From: a virus
Taxonomy: Duplodnaviria > Heunggongvirae > Uroviricota > Caudoviricetes
Length of the DNA: 64,000 bases
Reading direction: 5' to 3' (one strand)
Virus record (IMG/VR): IMGVR_UViG_3300011008_000007
Positions 10,191-21,900 of the stretch are shown here, piece after piece. How positions within the stretch are numbered: the stretch's first letter is position 1; every line of letters starts with the position of its first letter. The notes under the pieces are model-generated. The model was not told the DNA's origin. It did not search any database and saw nothing but the letters and a program-made list of their open reading frames with translations. Position numbers and translations under genes: made by a program.

Positions 10191-11330
10191 CTATATAGTT
10201 TCTTTGATTGTCAGTTGAACAATTATATCTACAGTCGGTGTATTTCCTAAACAATGAGCAAAAACTTTATTATCGTTGTTTTCGTTGTTCACAACATAAA
10301 TTGCGGTACAATCATCTGCAATAAGTTGACTGTTGGCTGTAGAATCAAAATCAACATCAATTCTTGTGTGGTTTGTAATTGAATAGTAACTACTTAAATC
10401 AAGTTCCTGCACGTTATTATTCCAATTATTTGCCACAAGAGTATATGAAATGGTCTTACCTAAACATTGTGCTTGAAACTCAGGTGATAATTTCTCAAAT
10501 GTTATAGTGCCATCATTGATAATTGCTCCATCATAATAAAGCAATCTTCTTGATAATTCTGTTCCATTCCAATAATATATATATCCATTATTCTCACTTT
10601 CTGAATTAACGCACAAATATATTCCGGCAGATTTGCCTCTTAAATCGCTGGTCGTTTCAAACACACCTTTTGGGCTACCATCTGGTATATTATCAATAAT
10701 ATTGCTTAATCCAGTTTCTATTTGTGAGGAAAGTTGTTCTTTGGCATTTCTCACTTCCGTCAATGAAATAGCTGTTTTATCGTTAATTTCTTGAACAAAA
10801 TGGTCTTTTGCAACAAGAATCTTTTGATTGAGTGTTTCGGAATCTTCCGCAATGCCAGCTTTGATTTCATTGATAGCATTTTGATATGATTCTTCCAGCC
10901 CGCCAATTCTGACATTGACCATTTCTTCGGCTTGTGCAACCAATGCTTCAAGCCTTACTTTAAACTCGCTAATTTGTATAATCTCAACATTATCGCTGAA
11001 CTCAAAATCATCTGGTTTTGGTTTAGAATGAACTGGTAGCTCAACCTCATAAACAGTCCTACCTGTATCTTCCTCTAAATCATATAAGAAAACAAACATT
11101 GTAATTTGTTTGTTCTCAGTTAATAGAACATTGGGTACAGGAACAGAAACCACACCATCAGATAGTGTTGAGGTTACTGTTTTTGAAGTTTTACCAAACC
11201 TCGTAGCGAAATGGCATACAGGAGCAATATCATATTCAAAATCGTGAATTTTTAAACTCACATTTATATCCCATTGTGTTAGGTGGTCAATCTCTTTTCC
11301 GTATTTGTCATAACACTTTACTGTCGGCAT
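10191..11330 (-). CDS. Baseplate / tail-fibre-associated protein (BppU-like N-terminus), paralog 1
   Basis: LTQWD...VPN.LL N-terminus, coiled middle, GSPKGVF motif; similar to 11348..12445. Confidence 0.55.
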   Translation of the reverse strand: MPTVKCYDKYGKEIDHLTQWDINVSLKIHDFEYDIAPVCHFATRFGKTSKTVTSTLSDGVVSVPVPNVLLTENKQITMFVFLYDLEEDTGRTVYEVELPVHSKPKPDDFEFSDNVEIIQISEFKVRLEALVAQAEEMVNVRIGGLEESYQNAINEIKAGIAEDSETLNQKILVAKDHFVQEINDKTAISLTEVRNAKEQLSSQIETGLSNIIDNIPDGSPKGVFETTSDLRGKSAGIYLCVNSESENNGYIYYWNGTELSRRLLYYDGAIINDGTITFEKLSPEFQAQCLGKTISYTLVANNWNNNVQELDLSSYYSITNHTRIDVDFDSTANSQLIADDCTAIYVVNNENNDNKVFAHCLGNTPTVDIIVQLTIKETI

Positions 11331-11347
11331 ATCTTTTCACCTCCAGT

Positions 11348-12445
11348 TTATTCCCCAATAGATTGGATTGGAGTTAATGTTATTTGAATATCAATATCTT
11401 CTGTTGGAACGTTGCCAATATATTTTGCGGTCAAAGTGAGAGTGTTGTTGCTATAATTAGAAACGATATAAACTGCCGCACAATCATCTGCAAGTAATTG
11501 ACTGTTAGTTGTGGTATCAAAATCAACATCAGCACTAACCTCACCAGAATGTGTATAGTCATTTGGAACGGTAACAGATTGTTGACCGCTTGACCAACTT
11601 TCTGCAAGTAACGTATATGAAAAAACAACAGGAGCCGCATTAGCAATCTCTGTATTAATCCATTCTTTAGTTAATTGTGTTGTAGGTAATGTTGTATCAT
11701 TAACATTATTCCAAGTTTGAGAATCGGTAGATTTAGAAACCGTACTACTATTTAGCTTTGGAAATGTAACTGCTCCGTCTTTAATGTTGCCCGTTTCTAC
11801 TGCATTTGTACTTAGTTTATCGTGATTAACTGCACCATCTACAATATTATCTGTATCAACGGAATTGTCGTCCAATTGTGTGGCTTGATAAACAATACCC
11901 AAGTATTCTAAAGTAGAAGTAGGTTTATCCCAATAATACAAATAACCATTTTTTAATTGCGGGCTTACAGAAGTATTGTTCGAGCCCGTATATACATATA
12001 AACCACTATCTTTGTCGGAAAGCTCGCTTGTGGCTGAAAAGACTCCTTTTGGACTTCCACCCTCTAAGACCTCTGCGATAATATCGGTGAAAACATCTCT
12101 AATATTATCTACATATTCATAATAACTTGGCTTTGCTTTTGGAGTAACTGGCAAAACGCCTTTGGCAACTGTTACTCTTCCGCCATCTATATCTTCGACA
12201 TCCAAGTTGACATATATTGAATAAGGATATTTTAAAAGTTCATTGGGAACTTGAACAACAATTTTGCCGCTACTTATCAAAGAACCTTGTACTATAGCTT
12301 CATCGCTTTTAGAATTGAAGAAATGAAAAATGGGAGGGTCAGTATATGACCAAGTATTTGTTATATATAATTTTATACCCAAGTCCCATTGAGTTAAACT
12401 CACAATTTCTTCATTGTTAGCGTTAAGGAAATTTAAAGTCAACAT
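11348..12445 (-). CDS. Baseplate / tail-fibre-associated protein (BppU-like N-terminus), paralog 2
   Basis: Same motifs as above plus short fibre-type repeats (IVDGAVNHDKL / IKDGAVTFPKL). Confidence 0.55.
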   Translation of the reverse strand: MLTLNFLNANNEEIVSLTQWDLGIKLYITNTWSYTDPPIFHFFNSKSDEAIVQGSLISSGKIVVQVPNELLKYPYSIYVNLDVEDIDGGRVTVAKGVLPVTPKAKPSYYEYVDNIRDVFTDIIAEVLEGGSPKGVFSATSELSDKDSGLYVYTGSNNTSVSPQLKNGYLYYWDKPTSTLEYLGIVYQATQLDDNSVDTDNIVDGAVNHDKLSTNAVETGNIKDGAVTFPKLNSSTVSKSTDSQTWNNVNDTTLPTTQLTKEWINTEIANAAPVVFSYTLLAESWSSGQQSVTVPNDYTHSGEVSADVDFDTTTNSQLLADDCAAVYIVSNYSNNTLTLTAKYIGNVPTEDIDIQITLTPIQSIGE

Positions 12446-12458
12446 AAAACACTCCTTT

Positions 12459-12971
12459 CTATTTAATATCTATAATTGGGAGCTCACGAACCTTTATCAT
12501 TAATCCTTTCACATAACTATTGCCATTAAATATATTTTCATAATCACTATAGTTTTCTTCTAAGAATTTTAGCTGTTCTGAGGTTATTCCTTTCTTTTTC
12601 AAAGCATCATTACAATTGGTAATTATAGTGTTTTTCAATTGCTTGAAATTAACTTCTTGCTGCTCTCTCATTGTGTCCTTCATTTCGCCAATATCTTTTT
12701 TGATGTCGTTCATACCCTCAATTAAAGTTTGAATTTGGTTATCTTTATTTTTATGTTCATCTTCAAAATCTCTATACTTTGTGAATACCTTATATAGTTT
12801 GGAAGCCCCTACAACAAGTGTTGTGATTATCGCACCTATAACAATTACCCATGCGACAATTGTGCCTATAGGAATTGTAGATAATAATTCCCAAACACTT
12901 TTGGTATCATAAGTATTCATATAAAAATTTTCCTTTCCATAAAAATAGGTCGGATTTCTCCGACCCGTCAT
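12459..12971 (-). CDS. Membrane-anchored coiled-coil protein (holin/antiholin-like)
   Basis: One N-terminal transmembrane segment, then a coiled coil; probable start near 12920. Confidence 0.5.
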   Translation of the reverse strand: MTGRRNPTYFYGKENFYMNTYDTKSVWELLSTIPIGTIVAWVIVIGAIITTLVVGASKLYKVFTKYRDFEDEHKNKDNQIQTLIEGMNDIKKDIGEMKDTMREQQEVNFKQLKNTIITNCNDALKKKGITSEQLKFLEENYSDYENIFNGNSYVKGLMIKVRELPIIDIK

Positions 12972-13361
12972 TTATTCATCTGTATTTTTCTCAAACGTTT
13001 CATTAATAGTTTGTAGAGAGGTATCAATCTCATTATCTAACCAATCAATAAATTCGTTTTGGTCGGCAACCTTTTCGAGAATCGGATAGTCATTGTAAAT
13101 CTTTTTGATAACTTGGGCTCGCTTAATGTTGCCGGCAGATACCCAATCACTATAATCGAGTTCCGCTTGCATTGTATAGTGGTTAATAATGTGATGAATT
13201 AACTCTTTTATGTATTCAATTTTCTCTTCTTTGCTCTTTTTGCAAAATCTAATTATAAAACCAACTACTCCTATAATAAACAATACTATAGCAATAATGT
13301 TTGTTAAATTTGTAATTATAAAATTAAAAAAATTCATAGTTCCATTTAGAAATGCATCCAT
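12972..13361 (-). CDS. Putative holin
   Basis: N-terminal transmembrane helix followed by a soluble region (G..KRAQVI..IY..YP), as in small phage holins. Confidence 0.55.
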   Translation of the reverse strand: MDAFLNGTMNFFNFIITNLTNIIAIVLFIIGVVGFIIRFCKKSKEEKIEYIKELIHHIINHYTMQAELDYSDWVSAGNIKRAQVIKKIYNDYPILEKVADQNEFIDWLDNEIDTSLQTINETFEKNTDE

Positions 13362-13363
13362 TT

Positions 13364-13567
13364 TTATTTCTCCTTTTTTGTTTTTTCTTGATTTTGAACA
13401 AATTCTTGTTTTTCTTGCTCTGTTACATTTTTTGCCGTTAAACTTACCTGTTCAAAAATTTGTTGCAGTATCATTTCGATAACAGAAATATGTAAACCCG
13501 AGGAATTGATGTCCTCAACAAGTTTTTGTTTAAATTCTTCTATTATCATAGAATAAGGTTTATTCAT
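13364..13567 (-). CDS. Small hypothetical protein
   Basis: 67-aa ORF with RBS, tightly packed in the operon. Confidence 0.6.
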   Translation of the reverse strand: MNKPYSMIIEEFKQKLVEDINSSGLHISVIEMILQQIFEQVSLTAKNVTEQEKQEFVQNQEKTKKEK

Positions 13568-13587
13568 TTTATTATCTCCCCCTTATG

Positions 13588-16500
13588 CTACATCAATCTA
13601 TTTGTTCTTAGAATGTTTTCCACATAATGTCTTAATGTTATATTAGTATAATTGGCGTCAGTAATTGTCATTTCATTACCGTCTCCTGCTACAAATTTAT
13701 TGGCTGTAATTATTCCGGTTGTAATATTGTCGGAATCAAATGCCAAAGATTCAATTGAACTTGCTATTATACTCTCAGCCGAAACCGTACTACACTCAAC
13801 ATCTCCAGCCTTGATTTTACCATTATTATACAAAATTGTTTTTGCCGTATTAAAATCAGGGGAACCAGAAACCAGCTTAACATCAATTGCCATTATTGGA
13901 ACAATCGAATGATTTAAAGATTGAGAATTTAAGTAAGTATATCCGCTTACTGAACTTTCAACCTCATAAGACAATAATACGTTGTAATTTTTATCTGCCC
14001 CTTCGGGTATGTAGACGTTATTTTTATCTCCATCATCCGACTGTGCGGTATCATAAAGAGGCTCATAAAAGTCGCCATCATCGCCTAAATCATCGGCAAA
14101 TGTAGTTTTGGCATTCATTACAGCAATTCTTATATTGTTTGTGCTAATCGCCTCTTCAATAGGTCTAACTTGCCCCTTTAAAATCCTTTTTTCTGCCGAC
14201 ACACTCTCTTGCGTTTCGATAACACAATAAGCTCCTATGGGCAAATCTGTACTATGGTTGGTTGATAGAACCTCTCCTAACAAAATTGGCGTTCCTTGAT
14301 ATTGACTGGAGTACACTCGAACCGTATCTACTGCTCCACTTGTTGTACTAATGTTTTGATTATCAGCCTCTTCCATTAGCATATAATGTATTTCATTATC
14401 GAAGCCAACTTGACGAACATAGTAATGAAAATATGGTTCGCTTGAACTGTTGTGAACAGTAAAATCATATTTATCTTGATATTGCCCCCAACCATAAGCT
14501 GCCTTTTTCTTAGTTAAAGAGCAAATATAACTAATTTTATCTGATTCTATTGAAGTCCCTCTGAGATACATTCCGTTATTTTCAATATCCCAATGACCAA
14601 TGCTACCAGATGAGGCAGTTATTGCTCCATTTACTGATAACGTAGAGCCATTATAGTTAATTTTGCCGTTACCAAAGCTAATTGTGCCATCTGCCCTAAT
14701 AATCGTTTCATTATTAGCTCCGCCATATAAATTACCCGAGGCATCAATAAATATTCCGTTTGTTCCAGTAGATGAACTCGTTCTATTACCAGTAGATAAT
14801 GTTGTTGCCGTAACCTTACCACTAACTTCAAGACTCGTTCCGTTCCACACTAATTTTTCGCCGCCAAAACTAAATGTTCCGTCATTTAATCTCAAAATAC
14901 TACCAGTTTTGTTTGTTTGGTTATAATTGTTTGATTGTATGGAACCAGTAGAAATACATCCGCCATCAATTATAGTTGTTCCAGAAGCCAATCCTTGAAA
15001 TGTTGCGGATTGGGAGGTAAGAGAATTTAATTTAACTGTGTCTAAAATAATATTAGTTACTCTTGAACCAAATAATTCTGTACTCAGCAATTTGCCAAGC
15101 ATAGTGTTACTGATTGTAATATCTATTCCATCTATTTCTCCCAAATTGTCGCCCGAACCGCTTCCTCCAGAACTACTTGAACTTCGGCTCGAACCGCCCT
15201 TTTCGTTACCAAGCAAACTCTCTACATCGGTTACTCCAGTTTTTGAACGAATATAACTACTAAAAGTTATTGAAAAATCTTGCGAAGTAGGTAACAAAGG
15301 ATTAAATGTGTAAGATACCATTCTTAATTTCACATATATATTATCCTTATACTCTATATACATATAGTTGCCATTTTTAAAGTCTTCCCAAAAAGACTTA
15401 TATTCTGGTAATCCTAATAAATTATCCAGCTCCAATTTGAAATTTAATTGTGGTCTTGAATTTTCTGAGAGCTTATTTTGTCCATCTTCTAACAATTCTT
15501 TTAATATATCAATTTGTTCATCGGAGGTTGTAATGTTGGTTACTAAAAAGTTTTCGTTGCTATAATCTGCATCTTTATATAACCTATATATGGTTTGTAT
15601 TTCAGAATCAGTAAAACCTCTATTGCCATTGATTGTATAGTTTTCAATCTGCACATTTGCAACTATATTTTTTCTATTATCTTGCACAATTTTTAATTCA
15701 GTTTCCAATTCGGCTATTTGTTGTTGCAAATTAACCAACTCTGCTTGTGCTGAACAATAATTCTTATAATGTTCTAAATAAACATCGAAATAATAATTTG
15801 TGCTTATATTACCAAACAATAACCTCTCATTATCCGTCAAATCAAATGCACTATTATATGTGAGTGTATTGGTGTTCCAAAATTTTATTCCAAAATTATA
15901 AAAATGCTCCCCAATAATGTTGTTGTAGTAATTTGATATTGAATTATTATATGTGGCTTTTTCAGTAGAAGTAAAACTATCCCAAACACTTTGATAAGGT
16001 GCTTTTTCTTCTGAGGATAAATTAGACCAAGATTTATTAAAACATTTATTAACCCCGTCAACTAAAATGCTTCTTTGTGCCGCATTATAATAACTCGATT
16101 TTTGAGATGAACTAAGGTCTTCCCAATTGTATGTTTTATTACTAACGACCATAATTACTGATTTTTCAGCAAGGAGTTCCATTTCAGTTTTGTAGATGGA
16201 GGTTTTGTTTTTTAATTCAACCGAACCAAATAAACTCCATTCCGTTTCCCACTCTTTGATTTTGGCTTTATATAATGATTTATTTAATTCTGTCCACTTT
16301 TCTTCGTCCGAATAATATGGGAATGTTGAAATTGCGCAATTTACCTCTTCGATTAGATTTTTATAAGCAACGTAATCATACCAATACTCTGTGTGTTTCA
16401 TATAGCTTTCATTAACACTATCATCCTGATTTAATGCGCCGCTTTCTTTTCCATAATCTTCTTTATACAAAACAATCAGCGCATTTAGAGAATTGGTGTA

Positions 16501-17967
16501 TGCAATTAAATACTGTTCAAGGTCATCCATAGAAAATGTGCTCCAATCATTCTTTAAATCATCGTTTGGAACACGATATTTTATTTCATTGATTTGTGTT
16601 TGCAGCCTATCATACTGCTTAGAATAATTGATATAATTTTCTCGTTCGCCATCACGATAGGCTATAAAACCGCTATACTTTGCTGCAAGAGCATCTTTAA
16701 CATATATTCGTTTTCCTTGTGAATCTTTTGCGTTCATTTTATAAGATAAATCTTCAATATACTCTGAACCAAAATTCACCCTCGTTATATCAATATCGTC
16801 TGCACCAGTAACTTTTAGCCTCGTGGCAAAATCTTCATCTTCTGCCGAAACACCAAGAGAATTGATAAGATTATCATAAGACATCACTATACCGGTATCT
16901 TCGCCTATATATTCTACTGGCGTTATATTTATTTTTCTGTCAAAAATATCATACTCAATCAGACATTCTAAATATTGAGCTAAAGTGGTTGATAAAAAGG
17001 CATAAATTCCATCTCCATCGAGTTCAAATTGCGCCTTTCGGTTTGCCAAAGAATAATCACCACTTGAAACTCCGTAAATATTCCCGATTTGCCAACCGCT
17101 ACCAGTTCCATCTAAAACCAAATCTAATAAACTTAACTGATTGCCGTATATAGTATAAAATTCAACCAGTCTTTCGATTCTGCCAATAAATCCTGTATAA
17201 ACATCTATCTGTGTAACATTACCATTGTTATCATATGTATATTGAAAATAAAAAACTGGCTCGTATTCATCATTGAAATTTTTTATATATTCAGTTTGCA
17301 TTCGGGGAACAAGGTCAGCCATAGCCTTAAATTCTGCTATGGCGTCGGAATCTGTAATAGTACAAGTATAATCATAGGTCACATTATCTTGTACTATATC
17401 CAAATTTCCAAAATGAAGCGTTAAATATTTGCTTAAAAAATCTTCTAATTGTTCGGCAAATAAATTTTTTAAAACTATCCAATCTATAGGTACTCCCTTA
17501 TATGGGTCAACAATAAGCTCAAAATAATCGTCGTTCTCATATGTATAATGTATTTCTCCATTATCATTAACATTGTCCGACAATAAATATTCTTGGGATG
17601 TTTTTGTACCCATATTTATTGATATATATGTATTTTTATCATCAAGTTCAATATTGCAACTTGTTGCCGTTATAGATTTTGTATAAACGTCTCCCATTAT
17701 TGTATCTTCGGGCGAGTTGACTTTAAACAAACCAATCTTTTCGACTAACAAGTACATTCCTTCTTGAACATAGTCATACCACGAATCGTTTTGGTTTTCA
17801 CTCTTTTTCATTTCAAAAGATAATTCATAAAAATTATTGAGATTAAGGGTGATATTTGCTGTTCCAAAGTCTATTTCATTATCCAAACATCCCAAAGGTT
17901 CTCCGCTCGGTCTGGCTATATATATGCTTAATGGGTCAATATTTCCTAAAAGATTAACAGAAAACAT
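13588..17967 (-). CDS. Tail tip / baseplate hub (Tal-like) protein
   Basis: 1459 aa directly after Dit; N-terminal hub-like region, coiled coil, C-terminal beta-rich region. Confidence 0.7.
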   Translation of the reverse strand: MFSVNLLGNIDPLSIYIARPSGEPLGCLDNEIDFGTANITLNLNNFYELSFEMKKSENQNDSWYDYVQEGMYLLVEKIGLFKVNSPEDTIMGDVYTKSITATSCNIELDDKNTYISINMGTKTSQEYLLSDNVNDNGEIHYTYENDDYFELIVDPYKGVPIDWIVLKNLFAEQLEDFLSKYLTLHFGNLDIVQDNVTYDYTCTITDSDAIAEFKAMADLVPRMQTEYIKNFNDEYEPVFYFQYTYDNNGNVTQIDVYTGFIGRIERLVEFYTIYGNQLSLLDLVLDGTGSGWQIGNIYGVSSGDYSLANRKAQFELDGDGIYAFLSTTLAQYLECLIEYDIFDRKINITPVEYIGEDTGIVMSYDNLINSLGVSAEDEDFATRLKVTGADDIDITRVNFGSEYIEDLSYKMNAKDSQGKRIYVKDALAAKYSGFIAYRDGERENYINYSKQYDRLQTQINEIKYRVPNDDLKNDWSTFSMDDLEQYLIAYTNSLNALIVLYKEDYGKESGALNQDDSVNESYMKHTEYWYDYVAYKNLIEEVNCAISTFPYYSDEEKWTELNKSLYKAKIKEWETEWSLFGSVELKNKTSIYKTEMELLAEKSVIMVVSNKTYNWEDLSSSQKSSYYNAAQRSILVDGVNKCFNKSWSNLSSEEKAPYQSVWDSFTSTEKATYNNSISNYYNNIIGEHFYNFGIKFWNTNTLTYNSAFDLTDNERLLFGNISTNYYFDVYLEHYKNYCSAQAELVNLQQQIAELETELKIVQDNRKNIVANVQIENYTINGNRGFTDSEIQTIYRLYKDADYSNENFLVTNITTSDEQIDILKELLEDGQNKLSENSRPQLNFKLELDNLLGLPEYKSFWEDFKNGNYMYIEYKDNIYVKLRMVSYTFNPLLPTSQDFSITFSSYIRSKTGVTDVESLLGNEKGGSSRSSSSSGGSGSGDNLGEIDGIDITISNTMLGKLLSTELFGSRVTNIILDTVKLNSLTSQSATFQGLASGTTIIDGGCISTGSIQSNNYNQTNKTGSILRLNDGTFSFGGEKLVWNGTSLEVSGKVTATTLSTGNRTSSSTGTNGIFIDASGNLYGGANNETIIRADGTISFGNGKINYNGSTLSVNGAITASSGSIGHWDIENNGMYLRGTSIESDKISYICSLTKKKAAYGWGQYQDKYDFTVHNSSSEPYFHYYVRQVGFDNEIHYMLMEEADNQNISTTSGAVDTVRVYSSQYQGTPILLGEVLSTNHSTDLPIGAYCVIETQESVSAEKRILKGQVRPIEEAISTNNIRIAVMNAKTTFADDLGDDGDFYEPLYDTAQSDDGDKNNVYIPEGADKNYNVLLSYEVESSVSGYTYLNSQSLNHSIVPIMAIDVKLVSGSPDFNTAKTILYNNGKIKAGDVECSTVSAESIIASSIESLAFDSDNITTGIITANKFVAGDGNEMTITDANYTNITLRHYVENILRTNRLM

Positions 17968-18845
17968 TAAAAACCACCCGCCTTTGCTATTCCTTGTGCA
18001 GATATTTCAATTGACTTTACTCCGCCATATTGCGCAAGAAAAGATAAATCATTCTTTTTTGGTAATAATCTCAGCCAATAAAGAGATGCGTTGATTACTG
18101 ATAAATATGAATAATAATCCGAATTTTCAGAAACAACCATAGATTCGCTTAATGGAATAATGTTTCCAAGATTATCTTTCACAATTTTCTTTTTGCAATC
18201 TACAGTAATATATGATGCACTTGATGGTAATTTCAACAACATATATTTATTATTATCGGTTCCATTTTCTATTTTTAAGGTTTTGCCATTACCAAATGAA
18301 TTTGCGGCACTAACTTTGATTATGGGTTTAACAAAATCATTGAGTTCACCGGTATTCAAATAATAAGAATCGGTTTTGACGCTTGTGCTTCCGTTTATAG
18401 AAAATGTTTTTTTATTCTCTTTGTAATAACCGTATGGAGAATCACAAGTAAACGTCAAATATAGTCCATAACAACGAGTAGCAACAAGAAAAGGTCTAAC
18501 TTCGGTAAAAACACCATAGTATATAATTTCTCGGTTATTATCTGTTAATTCTAATGCCACTGGATATTTAGGACTTTCAAGCCAAGCCCTAATATTGTTT
18601 ATTTCTTTTGCATCAAGCTCAAAGTCGTTACCGCTATATATTTCATCATTCTTAATAATTAAAAATTCCAATTTTTCTACGTCTGAGTAATGAACACCAT
18701 AGTGGTTTGGCTGTGGGCGCATAGAAGAAATATCGGCTTTATCTATCTCTCTCGAAACCCAAATTTGTTCATTTTCAGGGTCATACATCGCCATACCAAA
18801 ATCAGATAATGCCTTGCCGTTGAATAAAAAGTCTTCACCAATCAT
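17967..18845 (-). CDS. Distal tail protein (Dit)
   Basis: Directly after the tape measure; FLFNGKALSDFG N-terminus and F.CDSPYGY motif. Confidence 0.75.
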   Translation of the reverse strand: MIGEDFLFNGKALSDFGMAMYDPENEQIWVSREIDKADISSMRPQPNHYGVHYSDVEKLEFLIIKNDEIYSGNDFELDAKEINNIRAWLESPKYPVALELTDNNREIIYYGVFTEVRPFLVATRCYGLYLTFTCDSPYGYYKENKKTFSINGSTSVKTDSYYLNTGELNDFVKPIIKVSAANSFGNGKTLKIENGTDNNKYMLLKLPSSASYITVDCKKKIVKDNLGNIIPLSESMVVSENSDYYSYLSVINASLYWLRLLPKKNDLSFLAQYGGVKSIEISAQGIAKAGGF

Positions 18846-18873
18846 TTATACCATTCCTCCTTTACTCTTTAAT

Positions 18874-18902
18874 AAAAGGGTTGCCCAACTAATGGGCAAC
18901 CC
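18874..18902 (-). terminator. Intrinsic terminator after tape measure gene
   Basis: GGGTTGCCCA-5nt-TGGGCAACCC followed by TTTT on the minus strand. Confidence 0.7.
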
Positions 18903-18908
18903 TAAATG

Positions 18909-21900
18909 TTAGATTTGGCGCTTACCGCCAGCTTTTCTAATTCCTTGATACATTTTTTTACTTGTGTTTCTATAAGATTGTTCAAGTAAATCTTTTCCTA
19001 ATTTCTTCAAATCTTCGACAGTCGCGGCATCTGCGCTTCCCTCTATGTTGATAAGATTATCATAATATTGAGTTACTGTACCGAGATTATCGACGTTCAA
19101 TTTTGGTATATTGGTTTCCGGAGCCTTTATAATTTCAGACATATCTCCTTGCGCCAATGCAATAAGTCTACCAGTTAATGTAGCAGGTATAACACCATCT
19201 CCTTTTGCAAGAGGTGTAATTGTACCTTTGTTTGAAGTAATTAGTTCTTGACCTCTTTCGTTTATCCACGAATACATATTTCGAGGTACAGAACGTGTAC
19301 CCGAAGCATTGTGCCCCAATACAAGACTACTTGCTGTATTGGTTCCAATTCCTAAGTGCGTTAGCAATTGTATTAGGGTTTCATTTACTCCATTTACAGA
19401 ATCAGCCACTAATGATTGCCCTGACGAAAAGACTTCCATAAGCGAATCAATATCTTGACTAATTTCTTTCCAATTATCATCAAATGCTTCTTGAAGAGTA
19501 TCTTTTAAATCAGAAAGAGAATCTTCACTTATTTCAAGCAAATGGTCTTGAACGGTCTCATCGAGTTCTTCCTGTGCTTCTGCTAAATCCGACAATAGCT
19601 GTGCTTTTTTGGCTTTTGCAGCAGCAGAATTTATACCTTCGAGTGCCGCCAATTCAGATTGCAATTCTTGAATATTTTTGTTCTTCTCACGAATAGATTT
19701 ATCGTATTCATAATAATCTTTTTTGGCTTGGAGTGCATCATTCCTTGCGTCTATCAATTCAAACAAATTATCCAATTCTGTTTGAGCCATTTCTTTATAC
19801 ATAGATACAATTTCGTCCACGGCAGACTTCATATCCTTTGCGCCAGACAATATTTTGTCTTGTAAATCGGCAACTTTTTCAGCATACTCTTCGGCGGTCA
19901 AAATGGACGTGTTGTATAACTCTCCCAACGCCCTGTAACCATCCAAGTATTCATCATAAGTAATTGCTCCGCTATGTAGCTGTTCTAAAAGGACTTGATG
20001 TTGTTCGTTAAATTCTGCATTATTTAATAGATTTTTATTTCTCAATTCATTTAGTTTTTCTAATTCTTTTTCATATTCAGAAATAGAATTTCTGGCATTT
20101 TCATAATTTTGAACCTCTGTGGCTGCTCTTGCTATACCATATTCCGTTAGCTGTCCGTCTTTATCAAATAACATATCGTCACTAATTAAATCTCCCAATC
20201 CATCAACTATTTTTTGGAATCTTTCTATTCCAACGATTGCTTTTTCAAACGGATTCAAATAATACTCTACCAATGAATTGCTAATATCTTTAACTTCGGC
20301 TAAATATTTGTACTCGTCCGCCAAATATCCTTCTTCGAGAGCTCTCCATTGTGCGATAGTTTTTCCGCCATAAACACCATCAGAAGAGCCCTGAGCTAAT
20401 ACCATATTATTATGGGCTTCTTCTGCTTCTCTTCTTGCGGCAATAGCTTTCCTTTGAGCTACAGCTAACTCTTCTCGATAAACAGCAGAACCCTCATCTT
20501 GACCGAGTTTTTGCTGTAAATCGACTAATGCTTCCAGGCGGTTTTTAAATGCATCCAATAATTCTAATCCTTTTTCTAAGGTGTCTATTGGGAGCATAGC
20601 GATAGCATTATTCCACTCTTCTTGGGATATTCTACATTCCTCAGCAGAGTTTTGATAACCCCAATATGCTTCCATAGCGTCTTTATATTCTTGCGAATCG
20701 GTTGTCCAGTAACCGCTTGCTAAGTTTTTCTGAATTTGGTCATACACAGCTTGCGCTTCTTGTTCGTAGAGTTGCTGGTCAATAACAGATTGGGCGATTA
20801 GGGTTTGATAATCTGTTGCCGTTAATGTCAAACCTCTTGTGGTAGCCAATTTTTGAGCAGTTTCGATTTTAGTAGTTTTTGCTTTATTTTCATTACGTTT
20901 GTTTTCGTACTCTTTTTCTACATTGGAAACCATCTCTGCACCAATAGCAGCCTTTTCCGCTTTTGCGGTTTGCTCGTCAATTGCTTTTTGAGCTTCTGCT
21001 TCTCTAAGGTGTTCTAAGGCGTTATTATAATCAACACAAGCCTTATAGAATTTGTATGTGATATAACCCTTGGAATAATATTCTGCCAACTTAGCAATAA
21101 CATTAGCAGGAATAATAGTATTGGCTTTCGCGGCTTTTTGTGCCTTATCAATATATTTATCTACCGTCTTCTTTTGGGACTTGCTAAGATTACCATAATT
21201 CTTGCCACGATGAGCTTTATTAGCCATATTATTGGCTATAATTTTATTTCTGTTTTTATTCTTGTCTTTCTTAAACTCGTTGATTTCTTTTTGGTCATCA
21301 GAAAGAATAGTATCATATCCAGATGCAACCTTTTCAAGATATTGGTTTGCTTCTTTTGCATTTTTAGCATTATCTGCTTTCTGTCTATTTAACTCTTGTG
21401 TATTTGAAGTGGCTGTATCTTTGTTTCCGTACTTAGTAGCAATGTTTTCTAATTTTTCAGCAGAATTTGCAGCATATTCCGTGGCTTGTTCGAGCCTTGC
21501 GGTTTCAACATTTTCTAAAGATAAATTGTAAGCATACAAACGGGTATATACAGACTGATTTACAGAGCGAATAGTGTTAAGGTCAGAATTTGAAATAGGC
21601 TTTTTCTTTTTAATAGCATTACGAGCGTTTTGTAAAGCCTTTTTATATTTCTTCCTCTTTTTCTTATTTTTAATTTTCTTTAGGTTCTTCTTTTTAAGTT
21701 GTTTGTTAATGTTGCTTTTCGCCGTTCTACCCAAAGAATCTCTATCCGATTGTGCTTGTGAAGTCGCGGTCGAATAAGCACTATTCTCCTTATCAATAGC
21801 AGAATTACTATAAGATAGTTGGCTGTTTGCCGCACCATAAAAACTACCAGATGTACTTGTATATCCGCTTGTTCCAATAGATTGATATGTACTTACCTTG

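Noticed and set aside
10191-17967. Second DGR target
   Set aside because: No additional copy of the TR sequence found by eye in this window
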